The notes under the pieces were generated by a model. The model had not been told where the DNA came from. It ran no database searches and was given only the letters and a program-made list of their open reading frames with translations. From Rhynchobatus australiae (taxonomy: Eukaryota): DNA of 64,000 nucleotides. A program made the translations under genes and the position numbers. Position 1 is the first letter of the stretch; each line of letters starts with the position of its first letter. Below, piece by piece: positions 1 to 12,040 of this stretch. The stretch is from assembly GCA_034780895.1 (NCBI GenBank), contig JAUZTB010000074.1, positions 8,281,470 through 8,345,469 on the forward strand, given 5' to 3'.

Positions 1-59
1 CACGATCCCACCTTTGGATCCCCCCACTCCATGATCCCACTCTCGCCCTCACCAGTTAC

Positions 60-319
60 CTGAACACTTTGAGCATCAGGCAGACGACCAGCAGGAGAGC
101 CCCGGCGCAGGACGCCAGCACCAGGCCCTCGAGGGCGGGGATGTGGCGCAGCAGGGAGGTCACGCTGCCGAAGAAGGTGACAACGGACGTGGCGGTGGCA
201 TTGCGCTGGGGGTCGGGCGACCCAGTGCCGTTGAGGGTCACCAGTCGTTCGACAGACTGCCTGAACGAAGATGACAAGGGCGGCACCAGGAGCACCAACA
301 TCAAGAGCCAACAACACAT
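60..319 (-). CDS. FAM174B-like membrane protein, first coding exon (signal peptide, glycosylated ectodomain, TM helix)
   Basis: ATG at 319 in a CCACCATG Kozak context. MCCWLLMLVLLVPPLSSS is signal-like, with NGT/NAT sequons. SLLRHIPALEGLVLASCAGALLLVVCLMLKVFR resembles recalled FAM174B [32 protein letters not shown]. Ends at a phase-2 donor AG|GTAACT; GC/CpG-rich. Confidence 0.8.
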
Positions 320-399
320 GGTGGAGCCCGAAGCCTGGGACCGACGCGCCGATCCCTCCCGCTCAACGTCCCCCTTAGTTACCAGCGCCACATGACCTC

Positions 400-575
400 C
401 TGCCGCTCGCCCTATCCGCCTGTCATTAGCCCAATGGCATGTCAATCATCATAGTTCCCCACCTACAGCCAGCTATTATTGGTCATCCGCCACGCCAATC
501 ATATCTCCACCCCGGCCCGACCAAGGCAGATTCTTCATTATGTGATTGGCTGATCCTCGACCGTCAATCAAATAA
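400..575 (-). promoter_or_regulatory. Proximal promoter of the FAM174B-like gene with clustered CCAAT boxes and TGATTGAC motifs
   Basis: CCAAT/ATTGG at 431, 478, 495 and 545; GTCAATCA (TGATTGAC on -) at 441-448 and 563-570; CpG-containing sequence upstream of the ATG. Confidence 0.6.
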
Positions 576-1169
576 CTTTCCCCACCCCAAACAGGGAAAG
601 GTTCAATTAAACATTTATTATAATTTATTTTAGGATATATCTAAATATCTTGTATTTTAATACGCCTCGACTTTCCTTTTATAACAATCATGGATTGCCT
701 TTTTAAAAATATGAAAAATGAAAGTATAAATTGGGGACAAAATATTGTTGTGGAGATGATATATACCAAGGCCCTATATAGTTGCAGTAAGATAGTTTTA
801 CTTTTGTGCACAGATCCTATGGCAACATCGGCCAATATACTATTGGACCCTAGTTGCCTGCTGCATTAACATGCATGAGACACTAGCCCTGAATACCAGT
901 AGAACTTGGCTAACATGTTTCAGACCCTCTGAGATCCTGTGTTTCACTTTTGATTTCCTTGAAGGGATAGGCTAAAGTTCATGTTTTGGTGAGAATATAC
1001 ATAGCGTTGACAATTTGATGGGTCCAATTCTATGCTCAACTCAACCAATTCTGCAGATCATAATGATGAACAAACACTTAATCACCAAATGATTAACAGA
1101 CCAGGTTAGCTTGCCTTTATCCGGTTTATGACATATAAAACATATTGTAAAATACTTTATATTCAATGA

Positions 1170-1510
1170 ACAATCTAATCTGCTCCCTTTTGTTTAATGT
1201 AAAAGATCCCATGGCAAAATCCAGATATTACCACATTGCTATTTGTTGCCCTGATGCCCTAAATTTGGCTGAAATTTTCCTGAATTACAAAAGCAACTAT
1301 AATTTACCTTGTACTGACTAGCTTCCCTCTACACCTGCAGTTCTGATGCAGGGTCTGAAATGTTGACCATACATTTGCCTCCACAGATGCTGCTTGACCC
1401 GCTGAGTTTTTGCAGCAGTTTATTTTATACTTCAAAAATGCTTAGTTTAATGTGAAGAGCTGTGAATTGTCTGGAGGTTATAAAAGCTGTACAAGTGCAA
1501 GTATTTATTT
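1170..1510 (+). mobile_element. Decayed Deu-domain SINE-like element interrupted by a palindromic-family fragment
   Basis: GTAAAAGATCCCATGGCA core near 1199, followed by cacattgctatttgt...aaatttggctg and a tail ending gcaagtatttatt; resembles recalled DeuSINE consensus. Insert at about 1320-1425. Confidence 0.5.
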
Positions 1511-2108
1511 CAAATTTATACACCCCCTAGTTTCCAATTTTGTTTCTGAATGTATCTTTTTCATCCCATTTTACCTTTCATCATTATCTTTCTCAGTTAT
1601 TTTTCCTCCCTTCCGTCTTATCATAGACTTTCTCTTTTCTTCTTTCCTGTCCTGCTATTTGTTGTTAGTTCAACTGATTGTATTTTTGTACTCATGACAG
1701 ATACTTGAACAAAAAAATGTAGGCTTGCACTCCAGTTAAGTATTCTATCTTTGGTTCTATCTTTGAGTGGAGGGTTCTGTCTTTGAGTGAGAGTTTAAAA
1801 CTCCAATTTCTCCTTCCTGATGAATGTAAAAAATCTGAGGGTGCCGCTTCAGAGACAAGTTCCAAAAAGCCTATCTGATAAATTTGTTTGCTGTGTATAA
1901 ATTAACTGCTGGTTTGCCTTTGTTACAATGAGAAACAGTTAGTAAAAATGCAAGTCCTTTTATTGTATAATTTATGTATAGTTTATGTTTTTCTTGTGAA
2001 TGTTGTGCCATGTGCCTTGTGATGTAGTAAATTTGTCATTGCTCCTGTGCATACATGTACTTGTGCATATGACCATAAACTCGACTAACTGATTAATAGT
2101 TTTCTAAC

Positions 2109-2262
2109 ACAAAATGCTGGAGGAACTCAGCAGCATTTATGGAGGGAAATGAACAATCGACGTTTCGGGCTGAGACCCTTCATAAGGACCAGATGACTTC
2201 CTCCAGCATTTTGCGTTCGTTGCTCCAGATTCCCAGCATCTGCAGTCTCTCTTATGTCTCTG
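2109..2262 (-). mobile_element. Short palindromic retroposon (Penelope-like-derived candidate) with 15-bp TSD
   Basis: Perfect direct repeat TAATAGTTTTCTAAC at 2094-2108 and 2263-2277; internal inverted arms AAAATGCTGGAGGAA / TTCCTCCAGCATTTT; hammerhead-like segment at 2156-2190. Confidence 0.75.
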
Positions 2263-2399
2263 TAATAGTTTTCTAACTTTTTTTTAGTTTTTATCGAGTG
2301 TCTTCATCCAACTACGTTTTTTTTTCTCTCTCTCTCTCTCTCAGCCTAACCTTTTTTGCGGTTCCAATTTTTTATTTTATTTTCAAGCCTTTCACACCT

Positions 2400-2690
2400 G
2401 GGCACTGCAGACAGGCCGGTCCCGGAAAATCGTCCGTCCCAGGACAGGGAAGCGCACCAGAGCAGAGGGTCGGCGACCTGTGTGGGCGGGGTTCCCCGCC
2501 GCGGCTGCGTGAACGGCGATTGGCCAGAGCCGAACGGCCGCGCCGCGCATGCGCGGGGGCGAAGCTGCTGAGGCCTGCGTATGTGTGTGGCGCGCATTTC
2601 ATCCGCCCCGGGCTCTCCCCCTCGCTGCGGGCCCACACGTTGTTTTTAGATAGGATATTTAACGCGTGTGCAACCACATTTAGGATGCAT
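2400..2690 (+). promoter_or_regulatory. CpG-island promoter of CTC1
   Basis: GC/CpG-dense block directly upstream of ATG 2699; perfect NRF1 palindrome GCGCATGCGC at 2545-2554; GC box GGGCGGGG near 2484; inverted CCAAT near 2519; CCGGAA at 2422. Confidence 0.8.
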
Positions 2691-2698
2691 TAAGTAGC

Positions 2699-2740
2699 AT
2701 GGAAGAGTTTGTGGCAGAGTTTGAGGAGCTGAGCAGTGTT
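2699..2740 (+). CDS. CTC1: CTC1 coding exon 1 (MEEFVAEFEELSSV)
   Basis: agcATGG Kozak context, 14 codons, GTT|GTGAGT phase-0 donor matching the phase of the next exon. Confidence 0.75.
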
Positions 2741-2814
2741 GTGAGTCACATTTCATTACCTGTGGTAACTGAGCTGGGGTCAGACCAATGCATAGTTGTC
2801 AGTGTCACGGTTTA

Positions 2815-3065
2815 GTCTCCGCACTGGGGATCCTCAGTCCGGATTATCGAGGCGGCAGCGAGGGAATTTAAATTCCGTGAAATAAAAACCTGTAGTTACT
2901 TCCCCCCGCGCCCCCCCCCCCATGACCTTGCAGCTTCCGGACTGACCTGTCCATGAGGGAATGGGATCTGCTGTCCTTCTGCATGGTTTCTGTGCCAAGA
3001 CCACAGATTCTTAACTGTCCTCTGAATAGGGCTCAACAAACATTTAGCGTTGGACAATAAACGTT
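2815..3065 (+). mobile_element. Decayed SINE-like repeat in CTC1 intron 1
   Basis: GGGAATTTAAATTCC ... ATCTGCTGTCCTT ... CTTAACTGTCCTCTGAA; same family as the reverse copy at about 33820-34160. Confidence 0.45.
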
Positions 3066-3532
3066 TCTCAAGTTGTCGTCCTTTCGGCGCAAGGAGGAAC
3101 CTGGTTAATCCAGTTCATTGCCGGCTCTCTATTCCCAAATACAACTCCCTTGGTATACAAGTGACTGTAGAGCTATCTTGATATATCTTTATTACACGTT
3201 ACCAAAGCTACAGTGCACAGATAGTTGCAGAATAACTCCCACCATTTTGATCTCAAGAGCTGTATGAGAAATTTGATGTCAAATCCTTCATGGAGATGCA
3301 ATGGGGGCAGTGAGTGAGTTTGCAATGTGAGGTGTTGGCATATTGTGTATATTGTAAATTCATATTTGCTGCTTTGTGACTGCATTAATGTTGGAATAAA
3401 ATGTTAAGTTTGAAAAATGCCTGATTAGGTTTATGTTTATGGGTTATATTGTGCATCAGGATTGCTACACTTTTAGAGGTGTGGTTTATCATAATTTGAT
3501 AATGACTTTTATTATCTTGGATTGGCTTGCAG

Positions 3533-3720
3533 AATATTAAGTGGCTCCAGAATTTGTACAGGTTTACAGAAGAGAATCTCCTTCCTCTAGTGTATTCTGG
3601 AATTACTTGCAAGGAGCTGAGCAGCTGTCTTTTGAAATGTCTGTGCAGAGTTTGTCTCAATTCCAGTAATCCCTGCTGCCAACAAGGAGAAGATGGACTT
3701 ATTCTTCCTTTAAACTACAG
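3533..3720 (+). CDS. CTC1: CTC1 exon 2
   Basis: ttgcag|NIKWLQNLYRFTEENL...LILPLNYR|gtattg; resembles human EQAWLEDAQVFIQKTL...TLPLSYS; phase 0 to 2. Confidence 0.9.
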
Positions 3721-4860
3721 GTATTGCACACAACAAATCAAATGTTTGGTGTAGTAGTTTCATACATACAGCATTTCTAAATGCCATAATTCAATTTTCT
3801 TGTTTTTACCTCATACATTTATATAACTTTAGTTCATAACACAGCACAGGAACAGGCCCTTTGACCCACAATGTCTGTGCTAGTTCAATTGCAGAATTTT
3901 GCAGTTTCCAAGCTTAAGAGCATTCAGTTTAAACTGATGCTTGAATTTCAGTCCTCGGGCTTGCTTTCATTCATCTGTGGCAGTTATTATGAATTTTGTT
4001 CCAACTTAGGCAGTTTTTCTAGATGCTTTGTAGCTCTTGAGCAATATATGTTAGTGTGGCATGGAAGATCCCCAAAACCCTTGGTCTTAATCGAGTATTC
4101 TGATATCTACTTACCTAGCTGAGTCTCTTTTTGTTTGAAAATGCTCCTGTAAAGAGCTACAGTATGTTTTACATATTGAAGTTCCTATATAAATACATGT
4201 TATTATCACCAGGATCAGGCATGATCTTCTAGGGACACACATGAACCATTTAAATACTAATTAAATTCTATATCGAAGGGACCATGTGCAAGGATGAAAT
4301 ACTTGAACTGGTGTCCTCTGTCATCTGTATTTATTTTATTTTGCAAAGTATCTGCCATGTGCTTGCTAATTCAATGCAGTGTGATTTTCATAATATTTGG
4401 ATTTGGGCTATTCAAAGTATGCATTTCTCATCTTTGGTTTTCATTTAGCTATGTTGGATTTCTTTATCTGCCAAGGCGTTCAGTAGCTGAATGTTGCTTT
4501 TTATCTAGGAGCAGGAACAAGAAATTGGACAATTTGATTCCAGATTTCTTGACTGTACACTGGAGACAGGGAAAATACATGAATGCTGGAAAACTGAAAG
4601 GGTGCTGAGACTGCAGAGTGAGCTAATTTGCCTCTGGTTGACATGAAACTCGCCAATAGAAGCAGTGTAGGTAGGCTTCAAATCAGCTACATGGGTGTCA
4701 CTAAAGTGGAGAGAGGCTCTCTCACTAAAATAGGAAGAGGGAGGTGAAGGTCAAGGCTTCAATTATTTAACAACTTTTGAAAGGTTGAATATCAGCTATC
4801 ACATTTATTGCAGATTAGCTCCATTTACTTGCCCAATAACCTCAGATGATTATGTTGCAG

Positions 4861-5125
4861 GTTTATATCTCTCTCTGAGCTACAATCACAGCAGAAGAGC
4901 CCATGTTGTGGTCATCTAACGTGGAGCACCAGTCAGTTTGAGCAGTGGACTCTGGACAAAGAAAGCTTTCTAGTTGGTCACAAGGCACTTAGTAGAACAA
5001 ACTTGCTGCTGTGTGGCTTCCTGACAGACAAGATCTGTGTTACCCAAGGTACCTCAGAGAGTACAGGACACTGGAGTGATGGAAACTTGTACCTGCAGAG
5101 CAAGAATGGATTCATTCCTTGTGAG
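4861..5125 (+). CDS. CTC1: CTC1 exon 3
   Basis: FISLSELQSQQKSPCCGHLTWSTSQFEQW...DGNLYLQSKNGFIPCE vs human [29 protein letters not shown]...NGSLYVRDNTGVLSCE; canonical AG/GT, phase 2 to 0. Confidence 0.95.
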
Positions 5126-6039
5126 GTAAATAGAAACCTAATTGGCTGAGATCATTCTGCAGACTGGTTTTGCAGCAATTGGTATTGGTTTATTATTGTC
5201 ACTTGTACCGAGGTACAGTGAAAAACTTGTCTTGCATACTAATGGTGGAAAGTAACAATATTATTTGGTTTCAGGAGTGGGAAATTTGGTTAAATTGAAT
5301 GAATTCTTAATGGGTAAATTGAAGTTATCATTGGTTTCCTTGGCAACCATTCTTACATAGAAATGAGATATCATTTTTTTTAAGAAATGTACTTTTTGAT
5401 GCATTGGAATCTGTTTGTGACAATCATTTGGACAGGACCTCAAATAATCAGAGTCAGAAGATGACAGTTGCACAATTCTCCTGTCAGAGACTGACATTCA
5501 TTTAAGAGTATGATGAAGTTGTTCAGAGTTCAAATGAGCAGTAAACCAGACACTTTGTTTTACATATTTGCAAGTAGTGATCTGCTCGGGTATAAAATTT
5601 AAAACCCAACTTGAAATTCAACATTTGTAAATTTTCTACATACCAACCTGCTCATCGTTGTAAATATAATATTCAAATATGCTGTTGTCTAGCATGTTAT
5701 CCTTGGCTTTTGGCTGGTGCGCATATAATCCAGCATTGCATGGATCCTTACACTTATAACTTCATTGTCGTGAAAAACGTGAGCAAGTTTCTGTTCAATT
5801 TCCACTTCCAGTCAAACTTACTTGGTCTCCACAAGTTCTCTACCTCATTAGCCTAAGTTGTCTTTTTATGGATCTATCTATTTGTCCCTTCCAGCAGCAT
5901 CTTTTCCCAATGCCTGGATGGAGCGATTAATTTCTGCAACAGAAACTTGTCACACTGTAAAGATCAAAGCTGGCACTGGAGAGGGGTGAATTTTTGTGTG
6001 CAGCTCCCAAGGGAACTATAAAATACTCCTGTTTACAAC

Positions 6040-8810
6040 CACTACAGCTGAAAGCTGCAGCCACAGACACTGCAGTAAGTGACATGGTTTCAAGTAATTA
6101 AAAAAAACCTAGTGATCTTAAGAACTGGCAGACTCGGGACTCCAGACCACCCAGAAAGTGAGTGCAGTAGCTGGAAGCTCGGGGAATATCTCCATTGTCT
6201 CAGGAATCATAGGTGCCAGGGAGGGCTGCAGGTAAAACTGAAATGCAGGGCCCTTAAGGACCACCCCCCACCCCAGCAAACCATCCTCTGGCTAATGTAC
6301 AGTCTCTGGAAAATAAAACTGAAGACCTTGGAGCAAGACTGCAGTACCAGAGGGACATCAGGGATTGTTGTGCACTCTGTTTCATAGACATGGCACTCTG
6401 GACATTAGCCTGAGAACTTCACCATCTACTGTGTGTACTGGCCGGNNNNNNNNNNNNNNNNNNNNNNNNNNNNNNNNNNNNNNNNNNNNNNNNNNNNNNN
6501 NNNNNNNNNNNNNNNNNNNNNNNNNNNNNNNNNNNNNNNNNNNNNNNNNNNNNNNNNNNNNNNNNNNNNNNNNNNNNNNNNNNNNNNNNNNNNNNNNNNN
6601 NNNNNNNNNNNNNNNNNNNNNNNNNNNNNNNNNNNNNNNNNNNNNNNNNNNNNNNNNNNNNNNNNNNNNNNNNNNNNNNNNNNNNNNNNNNNNNNNNNNN
6701 NNNNNNNNNNNNNNNNNNNNNNNNNNNNNNNNNNNNNNNNNNNNNNNNNNNNNNNNNNNNNNNNNNNNNNNNNNNNNNNNNNNNNNNNNNNNNNNNNNNN
6801 NNNNNNNNNNNNNNNNNNNNNNNNNNNNNNNNNNNNNNNNNNNNNNNNNNNNNNNNNNNNNNNNNNNNNNNNNNNNNNNNNNNNNNNNNNNNNNNNNNNN
6901 NNNNNNNNNNNNNNNNNNNNNNNNNNNNNNNNNNNNNNNNNNNNNNNNNNNNNNNNNNNNNNNNNNNNNNNNNNNNNNNNNNNNNNNNNNNNNNNNNNNN
7001 NNNNNNNNNNNNNNNNNNNNNNNNNNNNNNNNNNNNNNNNNNNNNNNNNNNNNNNNNNNNNNNNNNNNNNNNNNNNNNNNNNNNNNNNNNNNNNNNNNNN
7101 NNNNNNNNNNNNNNNNNNNNNNNNNNNNNNNNNNNNNNNNNNNNNNNNNNNNNNNNNNNNNNNNNNNNNNNNNNNNNNNNNNNNNNNNNNNNNNNNNNNN
7201 NNNNNNNNNNNNNNNNNNNNNNNNNNNNNNNNNNNNNNNNNNNNNNNNNNNNNNNNNNNNNNNNNNNNNNNNNNNNNNNNNNNNNNNNNNNNNNNNNNNN
7301 NNNNNNNNNNNNNNNNNNNNNNNNNNNNNNNNNNNNNNNNNAGAGATGCTTCACTTCCTGATAAGCTCAACGCCTTTTATGCAGGCTTTGAAAGGGAGAA
7401 TAACACTACACCTCTGCGAATCCCCACACCTTCTGGCGACCCTGTGATCACTGTCTCGGAGGCTGATGTCGGAACATCCTTTAAGAGGGTGAACCCTTGC
7501 AAGGTGCCAGGCCCTGATGGTGTATCTGGCAGGGTACTGAGAATCTGTGCCGACCAACTGGCTGGAGCGTTCAAGGACATTTTCAAACTCTCACTGCTGC
7601 AGTTGGAGGTTTCCACCTGCGTCAAAAGGGCATCAATCATACTGGTGCCCAAGAAGAGCAGGGTGAGCTGCCTCAATGACTCTTGCCCGGTAGCACGCAT
7701 CTACTGTGATGAAGTTCTTTGAAAAGTTGGTCCTGGCTAGCATTAACTACTACCTAAGCAGGGACCTGGACCTGCTGCAATTTGCCTACTGCCACAACAG
7801 GTCTACAGTGGACACAATCTCACTGGCTCTCCACTTAGTTTTGGAGCATTTAGATAACAGCGAAGCATATGTCACGTTGCTGTTTATCGATTGCAGCTCA
7901 GTGTTCAACACCAGCATCCCCTCAGTACTAATCAATAAGCTGCAAAACCTGGTCCTCTGCAACTGGATCCTCCAGTTCCTTATTAGAAGACCACAGTCAG
8001 TGTGGATCGGTAGTAACATTTCCTCCTGCGCAGTCAACACAGGCGCACCTTAAAGATGCGTGCTTAGCCCACTGCTCTACTCTCTCTACAGTCATGACTG
8101 TGTGGCCAGGCACAGCTCAAATGCCATCTATAAATTTGCCAATGACACCACTGTTGTTGGCAGAATCTCAGATGGCGATGAGGTGGTGCACAGGAGTGAT
8201 ATAGATTGGCTGGTTGAGTGGTGGGTGTCAACATCTCAGAGGATCTATCTTGGGGCCCAGCACATTAATGCAGTCATGAAGAAGGCATGCCAGTGGCTCT
8301 ACTTCATAAGGAGTTTGAGGAGATTTGGTATGTTACCAAAGGCTCTTACAAATTTCTACAGATGTACAGTGGAGAGCATTCTGACTGATTGCATCACCAC
8401 CTGGTGTGGAGGCTCCAATGTGCAGGATCGCAAGAGGCTGCAGAGGGTGTAGACTCAGCCAGCTCCATCACGGGCACAACTCTTCCTGCCATTGAGGACA
8501 TCTTTAAAGGGTGGTGCCTTAAGAAGGCAGCTTCCATCCTTAACGACCTTCACCATCCGGGACTTCACGTTACTATCATTGGGGAGGAGGTACAGGAGTC
8601 TGAAGACCCCCACTCAACATTTCAGGAATAGCTTCCTCGCCTCCACAATCAGATTTCTGAACAGTCCATGGACACTACATTGTTACTCCTCTTTTGCACT
8701 ATTTATTATTTTTGTAACATAGTAATTTTTATGTCTTGCACTGTACTGCTGCTGCAAAACAACAAATTTCACGTCACATAGCAGTTATAATAAACCTGAT
8801 TCTGATTCTG
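6040..8810 (+). mobile_element. Decayed near-full-length Rex1/Babar-like LINE (endonuclease start + RT), spanning a gap
   Basis: Fragments LNAFYAGFE, KVPGPDGVSGRVLR, LQFAYCHNRSTVDTISLALH, LLFIDCSSVFNT, LSPLLYSLYSHDC, KFANDT; frameshifts and an internal deletion near 8224; 3' end AATAAACCTGATTCTGATTCTG. Confidence 0.85.
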
Positions 8811-9095
8811 GCCTTAGTGCCAGCAAAATGGCAGAGTACTTGGCATCAAACTGTAAAATACTGAGCCAGCCTGAGCAACCCAACCCTAATATTTTTCATG
8901 TCTAAGCTAAACCCAACACATTGGCAGGTCCTACTATGCTTGAGATGGGTAGCCCAGTTCAACCCACAGCAATACAAAATGTGAGGTGAAGCTGAACAGT
9001 GTTTTGCATGTGTGTGTTTTTCAATTGCTTATCACTGCTGCTCACCTGACCTCCATGCTTCTAGACTGAGCTATGACCAGCATATCAAATGCACT

Positions 9096-9321
9096 GGAGA
9101 CACAAGAGACTGCAGATGCTGAAATCTGGAGCAAAAAAAATTAACTGCTGGAGCAAGTCAGTGGGTCAAGTAGCATCTATACAGGGAAGTGGACAGTCAA
9201 CATTTCAGGTTGAGACCCTCCCTTCAGTCCAGATGAAGGGTCTCGACCCGAAATGTTGACTGTCCATTTCCCTCCACAAATGCTGCCTGACCCGCTGAGT
9301 TCCTCCAGCAGATAATCTTAA
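9096..9321 (+). mobile_element. Short palindromic retroposon with hammerhead-like core and 12-bp TSD
   Basis: Flanking ATCAAATGCACT (9084-9095) and ATCAAGTGCACT (9322-9333); long inverted arms about 9145-9220 vs 9235-9311. Confidence 0.75.
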
Positions 9322-10227
9322 ATCAAGTGCACTCTGTGGCAGTCTGTCAGACACCTGATCAGTAAAACTAATAAGGAGTGTACATATTTAAATGAAATAG
9401 CAAAATCAACTTGAACTTCATATCAGTGTGATGCTACATATGGTAAACACAGTGGATTCTACTCTATACAAAGACAATAGGCTGTTGATGGCAACAGGAT
9501 GCCCTTTGACCAAAATTGGCAAAAATCCAGTGTCCTTACTTAATCAGTAGCAGGTTTAAGTTTGTGAATTTTCATAGAAATTGGAGAGCTTATTTATAGA
9601 TTGGAAGCTGATTATTGATCTGGATGATAAGTGAATTAAGTAGAGGTCCACTTTCTAGTAAAATCAAATGTGTAAATTTTGTGAATGATTGACTGAGGTT
9701 CAGGAGCTGGAAAAGAATGGAAACGCCAAGTTTTCTTTTCTGGAAAAAAATGAGAGCAATCACTTTCTGCAAAATAAACTGGCTCATAGTGCTTGCAAAC
9801 TGCCAGAGTACTTCATGAAACCATTAAATACTGTTGGGGTTAGGTCAAGTACATAACAAACAAAAATCAGATCTTCAGGATTGGGTTAAACAGGCTAGCT
9901 CTGTATCTGATTTTAGGTGGCAAAAATCTAGAAACAGAATTCTTACCTAAGTTAAGCATTCAAGCAAATTGTATATTTATTTTTATCAGGAAATGGAGTT
10001 GTATGTAACGACTTCTACTAGATCGATAATGCCACCATCTATGAACCTGAAGCTTTCCAATTCTAATTTAAGTAGCCTCTGTGAAGCAATGTTTGTTATG
10101 AATGTGCAGATAAGAGTCATTTCTTACCACTGAGTTGTTAGAGTTTATATACATTTTAATATGAAACTTTGAAACTTGTTATAATATTTATATTTACCAT
10201 TTTTTTCATGATGCAATTTTTTATTAG

Positions 10228-10457
10228 ATTCTTGAACCAGATCTGCAATGGTTGGAGCATTTGGTACTGTTTCCAAGCTGGAGTTATATTCCTCTGAGTG
10301 GTGGAGGTTCAAGACCCGGAGGGATACCAGCTGGCTATCTTGAAGTAACTGAAGCCCCTTACCTTGTGGTTCCAAAACAATCGGTTGGAAACTTTTTGGG
10401 ACCAAGAGCCCTCAATGTATTACTGCCCGACGAAGCTATATATCTCCTGGACAAAGA
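10228..10457 (+). CDS. CTC1: CTC1 exon 4
   Basis: ILEPDLQWLEHLVLFPSWSYIP...GYLEV vs human [22 protein letters not shown]...GHLEL; phase 0 to 2. Confidence 0.95.
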
Positions 10458-11481
10458 GTAAGATCTGCATAATGAAAGATGCTAAGCTTTCACTTAAACT
10501 ATTTTTTTCACTGATTTTTGTGGCAATTATAATTTATTTCATACTTCTTGATCGCAAAAATTGATTATCAATGCAATTGTTCATTTCATGTGGTGGTTTG
10601 CAAAATGGTGTATTTAAACAAAAAATTGATGGTTAGTGACATTCCTCTTTTAATTTGATGCAGTCAGAACAACTCAGGAATAGTTTAGACTACATATTGA
10701 TCCTTTCTGTACAGAAGAGTGAAGTAAATATCCATGACTTAAATCCTTCTAAGTAAGTTTAAGAAACCCCACAATTTTCCCATTTTAGAAATTAAGTAGT
10801 GTTTTGAAGATGTGTATTAGTTCTAGCTCCCCTCAACTCTAAATTTAAGAGCTGCATGGATGGTAAACTTAACCTGACAGTGAATATCCAGATAACTACT
10901 TATTCATCAATCAAATCTCACAGCCTTGGCAAAATTAAACGGTCCAATATAGAAAGAACAGAGTTTTACAATTAATCCATGCAGCTAAGTCATTACTATT
11001 TAATTGTATTTGTATCTCTGGAAGACTTCTGAGAAATGGAAGGGAATTCATTCATTATGTTGTGCTTGAGAATTTATTAACAGATTTATGATTCTTACAA
11101 TTATCTTACAATTTTCTATTAGAAATGCAAAATACCTTTGTCCAAAATGAAGTTTGTGTTTAAAAACAGTCTGATTGAACTTTCTGTGAGGAAAGAAGGC
11201 AAATTATGAAAAAGAAAGGAGACAATGCGTTAATTCTGCTCTGAAGCAGATGAAAGACTTGAAAGTGGTTTAGGAAGTCAATAGGTTCACTGTGTGATCA
11301 AAAAAAAGTGACTAAGCAAAAATGTGGTTATGGAGCTTATTGCATGAAAGGATGATAGAGGTAGAAATCTCCGGTACATTATAGAGAGATTCAGCATGTA
11401 AACATGCCCAAGGATCCACTAAGTCCTTGCCAACTATCAAGCACCCAAGGTGTTGTGCGAAACGAATTAAACTAACAACGC

Positions 11482-12040
11482 CTAACCACTTCTGCCTGCA
11501 TATAATCCATATCCCTCCATTCTTTGGATATTCACATGCCTATCCCAGAGCCTCTTAAATGCCTCTGTTGTATCTGTTTCCACCACCACTCCTGGCAGCA
11601 CATTCCAGGCACCCACCACTTTCTGTTTAAAATAAAACTTGCCCCGCACATCTCCTTTGAACTTTTCTCTTCTCACCTTAAATGCATGCCCTCAAGTATT
11701 AGACATTTCGATCCTGGGGAAAAAGATACCGACTTTCTACTCTATCTGTGCCTCTCATAATTTTATAACCTTCTAAAGGTTTCCCCTTAGCCTCCGCTGC
11801 TCCAGAGAAAATGACCTAGATTGTCCAACCTCTTCTTATAGCACTTGCCCTCTAATCCAGGAAGCATCCTGGTAAACCTCTTTGGAACCATCTCCATAGA
11901 CTCCACATCCTTCCTATAAAGGGGCAGCCAGAATTGGATAGAGTACCCTAGATGCTGCCTACTCAGAGTTTAATAAAGCTGCAACGTAACTTCTTGACTC
12001 TTGAACTCAATGCCTCAACTAATAAAGGCAAGCATGCTGT
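11482..12040 (-). mobile_element. CR1 LINE 3' fragment
   Basis: Reverse ORF REKFKGDVRGKFYFKQKVVGAWNVLPGVVVE is typical of the CR1 ORF2 C-terminus. Confidence 0.8.

Noticed and set aside
2298-2693. Overlapping Arg/Pro/Ala-rich ORFs on both strands
   Set aside because: Expected by-product of a GC-rich CpG island; no recognisable protein.
6365-7722. Very long ORFs in the ORF track (also 52937-53793 and others with X runs)
   Set aside because: They are artefacts of reading through N gaps.
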